64,000 bases of DNA from Eubacteriales bacterium. GTDB lineage: Bacteria > Bacillota > Clostridia > Oscillospirales > CAG-382. Where the stretch lies: assembly GCA_045600105.1 (NCBI GenBank), contig JAZRXG010000042.1:14236-78235 (forward strand). The letters run 5' to 3'. This document shows positions 1 through 9,836 of the stretch, one piece after another (positions within the stretch are counted from its first letter, which is position 1; every line of letters starts with the position of its first letter). The position numbers were made by a program, and so were the translations under genes. Below the pieces are notes generated by a model that searched no databases, had not been told where the DNA came from, and saw only the letters and a program-made list of their open reading frames with translations.

Positions 1-1551
1 CATTACATCGATGAAAGCAGCGGCTTTTTCATAAATCTGCGCAGAAAGATAATGGAAAACTGCGACAAATATCTCGGTGACGCTTCGTCGGTGGTCAAAG
101 CCATCACCATCGCCGACAGATCGGGGATAACGTCGTCCGACTACAAGCGGAACAGCCGCGCCGGCACGTCACACATACTCGCGGTGTCGGGGCTGCATCT
201 CACCATCGCGGTGATGGCGATATATTCATTCTTCAAAAAGAAGCTCGGCAACAGATACGTCGTGTGCGCTCTCGGCGCCGCCGTCGTATTCCTCTTTCTG
301 GCGGTATCGGATTTTCCGCTTTCTTCCGTGAGAGCAGGCATTATGCTCTGCCTGATGTTCGTGTCTGATCTTGTCGGCGAAAAACGCGACTCGTTCACGT
401 CGCTGTTCGCGGCGTTCGGCATTATACTGCTTTGCGACCCTTACGCGGTCGCTTCCGTTTCGCTTCAGCTTTCGTTCCTCGCGACTCTCGGCATCATCTC
501 GGTATCGCATTCGGTATCCGCGTTCGCGAAGCCCGAAACGGGGTTCGGCAAATTTCTTTATGAATACGCCGCGTCCCCGATCAGATTCACTTTGTCGTCT
601 CTCGTTTTCACGCTTCCGGTTTCTCTCACGTCGTTCGGGACGGTGTCGGTCATTTCTCCCGTTTCATCGGTCATCGTGAGCGTCATCTTTCCGTTCTGGC
701 TTTCATTCTCATATATTTTCTGCTTTTTGTCGCTCGTCTTCCCGTTCGCTTCAAAGCTGCTCGCCTGCCCCGTGGTTTTCTTTTCGGATATATTCGAAAG
801 CGTTCTCGACTTTCTGGCGTCGTTCAGATATTCTTCCGTGACGACAGACGGATGGAGCGGCAAACTCCTTCTGATAGTTTCGATTTTTTGTATTTTTGCG
901 ATGCTTATCATCAAAAAGAAGCGTTTCGCGATTTTGTTTTACGTTTCCGTCGTGGTAATGACGCTTGCCGTTTCGCTTCACATTTTCGTGTCGTCGTTTG
1001 AGGGGAGCAAAGCGTATTTTTACGATTCCTCCGACGGATACGCCGTGGTCGCCGTGTCGGGTAACGAATGTGTTTTCGTCGACGACGGAACCGGCGACGC
1101 CTTTGACTCGCTCGTGACAAGGGCGGGCAAAACGACGTGCGGAAAAGCCGTGTTCCGCGATCTCGACTCACGTTCGGTCGCAAAAGCAAAGTATTTCATG
1201 GAATGTATGGGAACGGAGGAGCTGTATTTCTTCCCTCCGGCGGACGAAGAAGAACGTTCGTGCCTTGACGCTATTTTATACTTGGCAAATGAAAACGGTT
1301 GTGATATAATATACAAAACGGTACACGTGCTGAACATCGGCGATATCACGCTGACGCTGACGACGAGCGGTACCGGGATATGCAGGAACGATTTTTCGGT
1401 CTGCGTTGCCGACGGCGACGTGACCGGAGGGCCGGTCTTTGAAGAAAAAACGGTGCTTCCGTCGTGCAACGCGGCACTTTCCGAGCTTTACGAAAACGCC
1501 TGCACCTACCCGAAAGGCAGCTTCACCGATCTGCTCGAACAGGAGAATTGA
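1..1551 (+). CDS. comEC: ComEC/Rec2 DNA-uptake channel protein (5'-truncated by the window edge)
   Basis: Frame is open from base 1. Competence-domain motif GTSHILAVSGLH, RAGIM, many TM segments, SLQLSFLAT. Lies directly upstream of holA, as is usual in Firmicutes. Confidence 0.9.
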   Translation, partial: HYIDESSGFFINLRRKIMENCDKYLGDASSVVKAITIADRSGITSSDYKRNSRAGTSHILAVSGLHLTIAVMAIYSFFKKKLGNRYVVCALGAAVVFLFLAVSDFPLSSVRAGIMLCLMFVSDLVGEKRDSFTSLFAAFGIILLCDPYAVASVSLQLSFLATLGIISVSHSVSAFAKPETGFGKFLYEYAASPIRFTLSSLVFTLPVSLTSFGTVSVISPVSSVIVSVIFPFWLSFSYIFCFLSLVFPFASKLLACPVVFFSDIFESVLDFLASFRYSSVTTDGWSGKLLLIVSIFCIFAMLIIKKKRFAILFYVSVVVMTLAVSLHIFVSSFEGSKAYFYDSSDGYAVVAVSGNECVFVDDGTGDAFDSLVTRAGKTTCGKAVFRDLDSRSVAKAKYFMECMGTEELYFFPPADEEERSCLDAILYLANENGCDIIYKTVHVLNIGDITLTLTTSGTGICRNDFSVCVADGDVTGGPVFEEKTVLPSCNAALSELYENACTYPKGSFTDLLEQEN

Positions 1552-1552
1552 C

Positions 1553-2593
1553 ATGGGACTTCCCGAACTCACTTCCAAACTGAAAACGAAAAATATCACG
1601 GGCGTATATTTCTTTTACGGCGACGAGGAATATACCAAGGATTTCTATATCCGCAAGCTCCGTTCATACTGTGATTCGGCGCCTTATCCCGAATACGCCG
1701 ACGTCGTATTGGACGGTTCGTCGCTGACGCCCGATTCTCTTGCCGACGCGATAGACACGCCGTCGTTCATGTCGGAATGGAAAATAATCGAGATCAACGA
1801 ATTTCCGCTGAACCAGACGCCGTCGCGGCTCACCGCCTACGCCGATATCCTTTCGTCCGTCCCCTACGGCGTCGCCGTTCTGTTCATCTACCGTTCGGGC
1901 AATTTTGACCCGTCGGTCTTTGCCAAAAACAAGGACGGTGCGAACGAGCTGCTTGATTTTTTTGAAAAATCGTGTGTCAACGTCGGTTTTGAGCTTCAGA
2001 CCGGCGACAAGCTCATCCAATGGGCGGCAAAGCATTTCAAAGCCGAAAAAGTCGAAATAACCGACAAGGCGCTGTCTTTTCTGCCCGAATACTGCGGGAC
2101 CGATATGTATATACTGTCGGGCGAGATAGACAAGCTCTGCTCGTTCTACAACGGAACGCCGCTAACCGAAAGCGACGTGAAGAACGTGTGCTGCTCCAAC
2201 AGCGACTACCGCCTTTACGACGTGGTCAACTGTCTGTCGTCGGGCAGCGTCAACCGTCTGAAAAGCGTTTACGACGGACTCGTCTGCGCCAAGACCGCGC
2301 CCGAAATGATACTCGGCACGGTTTCGGGATATTTCTGCGATATGCTCAGCGTCAAGACCGCTCTTGCCGAGGGAGTCCCGCCCTCCGACGTCAAAAAAAA
2401 GCTCGGTATGCAGGACTGGCAGTACAACCGCATGGTGTCTTCCGTCAGAAACGTGTCGGCACTTTTCATCAGCAACGCCATAAACGAGTGCCGCGAAGCC
2501 GACGCGGCAGTCAAGACGCACTCCTCGGACCCGTACGTAATGATAGAAATAATGCTTTTCAGGATATTGTCTTATGGAAAGAAAAAAGCTTGA
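1553..2593 (+). CDS. holA: DNA polymerase III subunit delta
   Basis: VYFFYGDEEY N-terminus, EIDKL motif, clamp-loader length. AGGAG RBS precedes ATG at 1553. Confidence 0.88.
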   Translation: MGLPELTSKLKTKNITGVYFFYGDEEYTKDFYIRKLRSYCDSAPYPEYADVVLDGSSLTPDSLADAIDTPSFMSEWKIIEINEFPLNQTPSRLTAYADILSSVPYGVAVLFIYRSGNFDPSVFAKNKDGANELLDFFEKSCVNVGFELQTGDKLIQWAAKHFKAEKVEITDKALSFLPEYCGTDMYILSGEIDKLCSFYNGTPLTESDVKNVCCSNSDYRLYDVVNCLSSGSVNRLKSVYDGLVCAKTAPEMILGTVSGYFCDMLSVKTALAEGVPPSDVKKKLGMQDWQYNRMVSSVRNVSALFISNAINECREADAAVKTHSSDPYVMIEIMLFRILSYGKKKA

Positions 2594-3170
2594 ACTCCGA
2601 TACCCCGTTGTCGTCGAAGGCAAATACGACAAGATGCGGCTCGCGTCTTTCATTTCGTCGCCGATAATAACGCTCGGCGGATTTTCGGCGTTTGGCAGCA
2701 AAGAAAAACTGACCGAGCTCAGGGTCTTCGGCAAAAACGGGCTCATTATACTGACCGACAGCGACAAAGCCGGCGTTTTCATACGCGGAAAGCTCAAAGG
2801 GCTGCTCGGCGGCGCGGAGCTCATAAACGTCTACACGCCCGTCATCAGGGGCAGCGACTCAAGGCGGAACCACGTCGTAAAGGACGGCGTCCTCGGAGTC
2901 GAAAGCGTTGACTCCGACCTGCTTTACGGTCTGCTTCTGCCGTTTGAAGGCGAAAGGAACGTTTCACCGTTCCTTACGAAAAGCGGAGCGTTCGCCGACG
3001 GGATATGCGGGCGCGAAAACAGCTCGGAAGTGAGAAAAGCGCTCTGCCGCGTCTGGGGACTGCCCGAAACGGTGTCGGCAAATATGCTCATAGACTATAT
3101 AAATTGCTTCACGGACGAAAAGACCTACCGTGAGACGCTCAAAAACATCGATATGGAGTCAGATAAATGA
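2574..3170 (+). CDS. rnmV: Ribonuclease M5-like TOPRIM protein (DUF4093 C-terminus)
   Basis: VVVEGKYDK and ILTDSDKAG TOPRIM motifs, GVLGVE C-terminal motif. Confidence 0.8.
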   Translation: MERKKLELRYPVVVEGKYDKMRLASFISSPIITLGGFSAFGSKEKLTELRVFGKNGLIILTDSDKAGVFIRGKLKGLLGGAELINVYTPVIRGSDSRRNHVVKDGVLGVESVDSDLLYGLLLPFEGERNVSPFLTKSGAFADGICGRENSSEVRKALCRVWGLPETVSANMLIDYINCFTDEKTYRETLKNIDMESDK

Positions 3171-4423
3171 AAACCGTTTCATTCTGCGCGCTCGGCTGCC
3201 GCGTGAATCAATACGAGATACAAGCCCTGCGCGAGCAATTCATACAAAACGGATATTCCGTCGTTCCGTTCGGCAGGGAGTGCGATGTTGCCGTCATAAA
3301 CACCTGCGCCGTCACGAAGGAAAGCGAAAAAAAGTCACGTCACACCGCGTCTTACGCGTCGAAGCACGCGTCAAAGGTGGTCATCACGGGCTGCTTTGCC
3401 GAGCTTTGCCGCAAAAGCGGCGCTTTTCCCAACAACGTCTATTATTGCGGCGGCTGCAGTATGCGTGACAAGCTGTTTGACGTGTGCGAAGGCAGGACGA
3501 CCGCATACTCCGAAAAAACCGCCTACGAGCCGCTTTCGATAGGCAACACGGGGGCTCTCCCCAACGAACGGTTCCGCGCCTATGTCAAGATAGAGGACGG
3601 CTGCGACGGAAGATGCGCCTACTGCATAATCCCGTCGCTGCGCGGCAGGTCGTACGTGAGGGACGAAAGCGACATAATCGAAGAGATAAAACGGCTTGCC
3701 GCCGTCGGCGTTTCGGAAATAATACTCACGGGCATCGAGGTGTCGGACTACGGCACGTCGTCCCTTTGCTCGCTCATCAAAAAAGCATCTGAAATTGACG
3801 GTATAAAACGCATCCGCCTCGGCTCACTCAACCCGAACACGGTCAGAGCCGAGTTCATCGAGTGCATCAGATCAATGCCGAAATTCTGCCGTCATCTGCA
3901 TCTGTCCGTGCAATCGGGCTGCACGAAGGTGCTGAACTCCATGAAACGCCCGTACAGCGCCGAAAAGCTGAAAAACGTCATCGCTTCCCTTTACCAAGAA
4001 ATCCCGGAAATCATGTTGACTGCCGATATCATATCGGGATTTCCCGGAGAAAGCGAAGAGGATTTTGAAGAAACGCTTGAATTCATAAAGCGGAGCCGTT
4101 TCATGCACGTTCACGCGTTCCCGTATTCGCCGCGTCCCGGAACGGTCGCCGCCGGGATGGACTGTCAGATCCCCGAGGATATCAAAAAAAGACGCAATTT
4201 AACGATAATCGAGGAATCCGAAAAAACAAAAAAAGAACTCGCCCTGTCGCTTGTGGGCAAACAGGTCGAGATACTGGTCGAAAAAAACGTTTCGTCGGTC
4301 TCATACGGTCACACGGACGGATTCATGGAAGCGAAGATCGAAAACTCGTCCGCGAAAACCGGCAGCTACGCCGTATGCACCGTGACGGGATTCGACGGCG
4401 TGCTTATCTGCAAAGAGGTGTGA
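3167..4423 (+). CDS. mtaB: tRNA t6A37 methylthiotransferase MtaB (radical SAM)
   Basis: LGCRVNQYE, INTCAVT, KIEDGCDGRCAYCIIP (CxxxCxxC), HAFPYSPRPGTVAA, C-terminal TRAM-like region. Confidence 0.92.
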   Translation: MKTVSFCALGCRVNQYEIQALREQFIQNGYSVVPFGRECDVAVINTCAVTKESEKKSRHTASYASKHASKVVITGCFAELCRKSGAFPNNVYYCGGCSMRDKLFDVCEGRTTAYSEKTAYEPLSIGNTGALPNERFRAYVKIEDGCDGRCAYCIIPSLRGRSYVRDESDIIEEIKRLAAVGVSEIILTGIEVSDYGTSSLCSLIKKASEIDGIKRIRLGSLNPNTVRAEFIECIRSMPKFCRHLHLSVQSGCTKVLNSMKRPYSAEKLKNVIASLYQEIPEIMLTADIISGFPGESEEDFEETLEFIKRSRFMHVHAFPYSPRPGTVAAGMDCQIPEDIKKRRNLTIIEESEKTKKELALSLVGKQVEILVEKNVSSVSYGHTDGFMEAKIENSSAKTGSYAVCTVTGFDGVLICKEV

Positions 4424-4424
4424 T

Positions 4425-5462
4425 ATGAGTTACGGTTTCAAGGACGCTTTCCTTCCCGACGGCATCGTCGGAAGCGACGGCATCGGAGTCGGAAGGTTCA
4501 GAACGAACGACCCGACTGTATTCGGTCTTTTCAGGTCTTTCACCGAAAAAAAGGGCGGCTCCGAAGGCGTGGTCTATCCATACGAGCTCAACGTATTCAC
4601 GCTCTTCAGGCATAAAAAGTGCTTTTTCCGTCCGACGGACGTGATATACACGGCAGACGAAATAACGTCGTTCAAAGACGCGTCGAAAAAAGCGTGCTTT
4701 CTGTCGGTCGGTCTTTACGAGCTGTTCGTTTCGTGCCCGTCGTTCACCGTCGACACGTCGCTCGTCGGCAGCTCCGACGTCTCTTCCCTTGCCGAAAGGC
4801 TGTATTTCGTAATTCCCGCGGCAAAAAAACGGCTTGTCAAAAAAATCTCGTTCTTCACGTCTGGGCTCAGAAAATGCGGCGTGGTAACGTCCGACGGTAT
4901 GATACGCTTCATTGTGAACGGGGATGCCGAGGAATTTGAAAAATCGTCCGTTCCCGCCGAGCAGCCCGTTACTCTCGTATCCCACGAAAACGGCAGCTTC
5001 AACGCCGGCTGCTTTGACGCGTTCGGCGAATATCTCGCAAAACTCACGAGATACGTCTTCCCCGCCGAATTCAGGTCGAGATCCGTCTTTAGTGACAAAT
5101 TCACGTACAAGCTCGGCCGTCTTGCCGTATCGTCACGCATACCGTCAGACAAACGCCGCACTTTCGGCGGAGAAACGGGCGTGAATCACACGGGGTTCCA
5201 CGTTTCGGTCATCCCGCTTCATACGGTCAACGGCATATTTCCGAGCGACTACGCGTTTTCGCTGCTCTCCGCGCTGAGGAACGAAGAAACGCTCCACAAC
5301 TACTGCGTATTCAGCGCGTTCAGCGGCAGGCTTGAAGATTATGTAAACCGCCATCCCATTGAATCGGACAATGAAACGGCTGTACCCCGATCGGACGGCG
5401 GATACGTTGTGATCATATCCGACACGCCGACGGCGTACAGCCATATAGGACGAATTATCTGA
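4425..5462 (+). CDS. Hypothetical protein (345 aa)
   Basis: Long ORF starting 2 nt after the mtaB stop with a GAGG RBS. No family motif recognised. Confidence 0.65.
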   Translation: MSYGFKDAFLPDGIVGSDGIGVGRFRTNDPTVFGLFRSFTEKKGGSEGVVYPYELNVFTLFRHKKCFFRPTDVIYTADEITSFKDASKKACFLSVGLYELFVSCPSFTVDTSLVGSSDVSSLAERLYFVIPAAKKRLVKKISFFTSGLRKCGVVTSDGMIRFIVNGDAEEFEKSSVPAEQPVTLVSHENGSFNAGCFDAFGEYLAKLTRYVFPAEFRSRSVFSDKFTYKLGRLAVSSRIPSDKRRTFGGETGVNHTGFHVSVIPLHTVNGIFPSDYAFSLLSALRNEETLHNYCVFSAFSGRLEDYVNRHPIESDNETAVPRSDGGYVVIISDTPTAYSHIGRII

Positions 5463-5464
5463 GT

Positions 5465-6529
5465 TTAATATTTTATGCCGTTGAGGATCGAGTACATCTC
5501 ATCCCACTTTTCTTCCATATCGGCAACGAGTTTGAACTGCGTACGGGTCCGGACCAGATTGTGGTCCGGGCTTTTTATGCGGAAATAAACGTCGCCCTCG
5601 ATATAGTCGGTGAGGAATCTGACGCCGCATTCGAGAGTCATGAGCTTAGCGCCCCAGGGGAGAAGCTTGATCTCGTTTTCGGTGAGCGATCTGCCGCAGG
5701 CGGTAAGGAAGCCCTCGGCGTAGGTCTTGTAAAGAGACGGCACGAAGTTGACCTTGGAAAGGTCGCGTTCGTCTTCGGCGGCGCTGCTTGCGCCGAACCG
5801 GATGGAATCGCCGAAGTCGTTGACGGAAAGTCCGGGCATAACGGTGTCAAGGTCGATGACGCAGAGCGCTTTTCCCGTTTTTTCGTCAAGAAGGACATTG
5901 TTGAGCTTGGTATCGTTATGAGTGACGCGGAGAGGTATCTCGCCTTTGGCAAGGGCGTCAACGCAGACGTGAGCGTCGGCTTCGCGGTCAAGCGCGAACT
6001 TGATCTCATTGAGCACGTCCTTGACTCTGCCGCATTTGTCCGCTTCGATCGCCTTGCGGAATTTGCGGTATCTGTCGGGAGTGTTGTGAAAATCGACTAT
6101 CGTTTCGTGGAGCTTGGAAGCGTCAAAATCGGCAAGGCTGCGCTGGAACATACCGAATCCGTACGCGCTCTCGTAAAAATCGCTTTCTTTTTCGACTTTT
6201 TCAAGGCATACGCTGCCCGTTATGAAGTCGTAAATTCTCCAATAGCAGCCGTTTTCGTCGTTGTAGAAGTTCTTGCCGTCAACGGTTTTGATAACGGTCA
6301 TCGCCTCACGCGGGTCGTTCGCCTTGGAAGCGATGTGAGCGCATACGGCAGCCACGTTCTCCATGAGAAGGTCGGGACGCTTGAATATGTTGTGGTTGAT
6401 CTTCTGCAGAATGTACTTTCTGCCGTCGTCGCATACGACGAGATACGTTTCGTTGATATGTCCGTTGCCGTAGCGTTCGCAGCTTACGGGAGTCGACTCA
6501 AGGCGGAATTTGCTTAAAATTTCTTTCAT
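5465..6529 (-). CDS. nahK: N-acetylhexosamine 1-kinase-like (NahK/LnpB; APH phosphotransferase fold)
   Basis: GNGHINETY, YILQKIN, FHNTPDRY, RVTHNDTKLNN, IDLDTVMPG, DFGDSIRFGA, LECGVRFLTDY, HNLVRTRTQ follow Bifidobacterium NahK as I recall it. Confidence 0.8.
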   Translation of the reverse strand: MKEILSKFRLESTPVSCERYGNGHINETYLVVCDDGRKYILQKINHNIFKRPDLLMENVAAVCAHIASKANDPREAMTVIKTVDGKNFYNDENGCYWRIYDFITGSVCLEKVEKESDFYESAYGFGMFQRSLADFDASKLHETIVDFHNTPDRYRKFRKAIEADKCGRVKDVLNEIKFALDREADAHVCVDALAKGEIPLRVTHNDTKLNNVLLDEKTGKALCVIDLDTVMPGLSVNDFGDSIRFGASSAAEDERDLSKVNFVPSLYKTYAEGFLTACGRSLTENEIKLLPWGAKLMTLECGVRFLTDYIEGDVYFRIKSPDHNLVRTRTQFKLVADMEEKWDEMYSILNGIKY

Positions 6530-6533
6530 TTTT

Positions 6534-8234
6534 TTACCTCGTGATGATTTTTATAAGTTTATCGCAAAGCTTTTCGTAGTCGGGAACGGACACGGAAAGC
6601 ATTTTTTCTTTTTCAAGCACGGCTTCCTCAGTGAAGAACGTCGTGACGTCGCTCGTGGGCATCACGCAGGCGTAAACCTCGTTCATTTCTTCGTCCGTTG
6701 CTTTTTCTTTTGCCATGCAGATGAGTTCGTAAAGCTCGGACGCGAAGCGCATTGCCTTGTATCTCACCGAAAGGAGGGGCTTGCCGTTACGCGACGGATA
6801 GACGAAGTTGATGTCGCCCACCGGGAAATTGGCGTATTTGATGCTCGTTCTCGGGTCGTCGGTGAGAACGGTGTAGTTCCAGCGAAGGAATCCGTCAAAG
6901 CCCATGAACGCGGTCAGCACGGGCAGGAACAGCGTTTCGCAAAGCTCGCTTCTGACGAACGTGTTGGGATAATGCGGCCAGCAGCAGACGTACCAGAGGA
7001 AGCGCTTGCCTTCCATGCCGAAATAGGAACGTATCACGTCGTACTGAGAGCAGACGCCCGAAATGAACGGAACGAAGTCCGAAATGACGTCCTTGAACTC
7101 GGCGATGAATTCGGCGTGATTGATGGCGGTCTTGAAGCGGAAACGCGGCGCGTTTTTGTGAAGTCTGCCGACCGACCTGCGGAACGCTTCGACGTCACCG
7201 GGTTCATCGGCGGCGATACGCACGATGTCGATGAGCTTTTTGCGGACGAAGTATCTCTCAAGTGCTCTGACGTAGCAGTCGATATCGGACGCCTTGCTCA
7301 TGAATTTATAGGTCGAGGTCGCTTCGTCGTAGTATCTTATCCTTATTCCGTCGGGGTAACGCTTTGCGGGCTTGGGGAAAGCCGCGCCCGACCAGATATT
7401 GGCGAGTCCGTAAACGGAGATCTCGCTGTTGATGCCGTATCTGAAGCAGAGGTCGATGTAGCGCTGCATGCTCGTGTAATCGTAAACGAAACGGCCGTTT
7501 TTGCGTTTTGTGACCCTGATCATCGAATATTCGAACATATTCGCCTTTTCGAGGACGCTTATGCAGCTCTGACCAGACCAAGGGATCTCGGACGCGATGA
7601 CCGTGACGGCTTTCTGACCGAGGTCGGCAAGCGTCCTGACGTAGCCTTCAAGGACCGCGAAATGCTCGTCACTGAACATGGGCACCTCATGCTTGCGCGC
7701 GAGGTTGGACGAATGCTGCCACAGATCGAGGTAGTATCTGAAATCCTTTCCGTCGGGCAGCGTGACGTCGATTACGTCGAGCTTCACTTTGCTCTTCGAC
7801 CATTCGGCTTCGTCGCTGAACATATAGCTTGCGTAGGTGTTTATTTCGATATCCCCGCTCACGCTTTCGCCGTCGACGTCTATGTCTGCCCAAAGAGCGG
7901 CGGGCTTGTTCGCGGTAAGTTCGATAAATCTGTCTTCAAGCAGTATGTCGCATGCCGCGGGAAGTCCCGCGTCGTCGGGGATATATCCCTCGGGATAAAC
8001 GCTGACCTTATTTGCGCTCTTTATGTCGAGACGGTAAGACGTGCAGCTGCACACCTGACGGAAATAAAGCGTGCCGTCGGTGCGGATGACCGAGTCTTCG
8101 TCGGAAAGCGCGATTATCTGAAACGCCGCCTTGCGGTTTCTGACCGTTCTGACAACGTTTATCTCGCGTATCGAATCGAAATCGGTGTTTTCTCTGAGTT
8201 TGAAAAGGCAATCGGTAATTTTGATCTTCAGCAT
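6534..8234 (-). CDS. GH123-like beta-N-acetylgalactosaminidase (DUF4091 domain), no signal peptide
   Basis: LDLWQH, LGQKAVT, PWSGQ, FVYDYTSMQRYI, catalytic-type ADEP, WYVCC, GFDGFLRWNY and GD..FVYP motifs. Confidence 0.75.
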   Translation of the reverse strand: MLKIKITDCLFKLRENTDFDSIREINVVRTVRNRKAAFQIIALSDEDSVIRTDGTLYFRQVCSCTSYRLDIKSANKVSVYPEGYIPDDAGLPAACDILLEDRFIELTANKPAALWADIDVDGESVSGDIEINTYASYMFSDEAEWSKSKVKLDVIDVTLPDGKDFRYYLDLWQHSSNLARKHEVPMFSDEHFAVLEGYVRTLADLGQKAVTVIASEIPWSGQSCISVLEKANMFEYSMIRVTKRKNGRFVYDYTSMQRYIDLCFRYGINSEISVYGLANIWSGAAFPKPAKRYPDGIRIRYYDEATSTYKFMSKASDIDCYVRALERYFVRKKLIDIVRIAADEPGDVEAFRRSVGRLHKNAPRFRFKTAINHAEFIAEFKDVISDFVPFISGVCSQYDVIRSYFGMEGKRFLWYVCCWPHYPNTFVRSELCETLFLPVLTAFMGFDGFLRWNYTVLTDDPRTSIKYANFPVGDINFVYPSRNGKPLLSVRYKAMRFASELYELICMAKEKATDEEMNEVYACVMPTSDVTTFFTEEAVLEKEKMLSVSVPDYEKLCDKLIKIITR

Positions 8235-8237
8235 TTT

Positions 8238-9836
8238 TTACTCCTTACCGCGGTCCGCGATATACGCCTCCGCGCACTTTATTCCGTCCGACGCCGCCGA
8301 CATAATGCCGCCGGCATAACCGGCGCCTTCGCCTGCGGGGTACAGACCTTTTATTGAAGCTTGAAATGTATATTCGTCTCTCACGCACCTTACGGGGCAG
8401 GTACTGCGGCTTTCGACGCCGGTCAGCACCGCGTCGGAAGACGCGAATGACGGTATTTGTTTGTCCAAGAGACGCAGTCCATCGCGAAGCGTTTCGCACA
8501 CGAAGGGCGGCAGCAGCTCGTTCAGGTCGCTCCCCGTGACTCCGCGCGGATAGGTGGGTCTTACGTCGCCGAAGGATGTCGTCGCTTTTCCGCGAAGGAA
8601 ATCGCCGACGGTCTGCGCCGGAGCCTTGTACCCTCCCCCGCCGAGTTCGAACGCCTTCTTTTCGAGTTTTCTCTGAAATGAAACGCCGTCAAGCGGGCTG
8701 TCCCCGCCGATATCGGCTTTTTCAACGCTTACGAGAAGCGCCGAATTGGCGTTTTCGCCGTCGCGGGAATGATAGCTCATTCCGTTGGTGACAACGCTCC
8801 CCTCCTCGCTCGTCGCCGCCACGACGCTTCCGCCGGGGCACATGCAGAACGTGTAAAGCGCCCTGCCGTTCGGCGTATGAGCGACCGCCTTGTATTCGGC
8901 ATTCGGGAGTCCCGGTTCGTTTCTGAACTCGTGATAGCGGGCCTCGTTTATGGCTTTTTGCCTGTGTTCTATCCTCACGCCGACCGAAAACGGCTTCTGC
9001 TCCATTTTTATGCCCTTTGAGTAGAGCATTTCAAAGGTGTCGCGCGCGGAATGTCCGATGCAGAGGAAGACCGCGTCGGTCTCGAGCCTCTCGCTTCCGT
9101 TGACGCAAACGGCTTTCACGCCGTCGGCATCGGCTTCGATATCGGTGAGCTTACTCAAAAAGCGGAAAGTCCCGCCGAGCGATTTTATTCGTTCGCGCAG
9201 TGTTTTGATGACGTTGCGGAGCAGGTCGGTGCCGATATGCGGGTGCGAGAGATAAAGTATCTCGTCGGGTGCGCCCGACGCCACGAACTCCTCGAGCACG
9301 TAGGCGCATCTGTTGTCCCTGTCCTTGATGAGCGTCGTCAGCTTACCGTCCGAAAACGCGCCCGCGCCGCCCTCGCCGAACTGTATGTTGGACTCCGTGT
9401 CAAGCCTTCCCGACGCGTTGAAAAGCGCGACTTTTTCGGCTCTGGTGTCCATTTCGTCGCCGCGCTCCAAAATGATGGGCGAATACCCGCACCTTGCAAG
9501 CATCAGAGCACAGAATATACCCGCGGGGCCGAAGCCGACTACCACGGGACGCAGTCCCGTCTTTCGGGTGACGGTCGGAAAAACGTATTCTTTTTTTACG
9601 AAAGGATATATTATCTCGCCTTTTGCTTTCGCCGCGAACTTCTTTTCGTTCTTCAGCTCGACGTCGGCATTCACTATCCAGCGCAGCGTTTTTCCGCGTC
9701 TGGCGTCGAGCGACTTGGAACTCATCTTAAGCGACAGTACGTCGCCGTCGGTGCAGCCGAACACGTTTTTGACGGCGCAAAGCAGGTCTTTTTCATCAAA
9801 AGACGGAGCAAAAGCGAGATTTTTGACTCTTATCAT
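8238..9836 (-). CDS. Uncharacterised NAD(P)/FAD-dependent oxidoreductase (COG2509-like)
   Basis: VVVGFGPAG Rossmann motif, GEGGAGAFSDGKL, TFCMCPGG, PAGEGAGYAGGIMSAA. Confidence 0.85.
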   Translation of the reverse strand: MIRVKNLAFAPSFDEKDLLCAVKNVFGCTDGDVLSLKMSSKSLDARRGKTLRWIVNADVELKNEKKFAAKAKGEIIYPFVKKEYVFPTVTRKTGLRPVVVGFGPAGIFCALMLARCGYSPIILERGDEMDTRAEKVALFNASGRLDTESNIQFGEGGAGAFSDGKLTTLIKDRDNRCAYVLEEFVASGAPDEILYLSHPHIGTDLLRNVIKTLRERIKSLGGTFRFLSKLTDIEADADGVKAVCVNGSERLETDAVFLCIGHSARDTFEMLYSKGIKMEQKPFSVGVRIEHRQKAINEARYHEFRNEPGLPNAEYKAVAHTPNGRALYTFCMCPGGSVVAATSEEGSVVTNGMSYHSRDGENANSALLVSVEKADIGGDSPLDGVSFQRKLEKKAFELGGGGYKAPAQTVGDFLRGKATTSFGDVRPTYPRGVTGSDLNELLPPFVCETLRDGLRLLDKQIPSFASSDAVLTGVESRSTCPVRCVRDEYTFQASIKGLYPAGEGAGYAGGIMSAASDGIKCAEAYIADRGKE

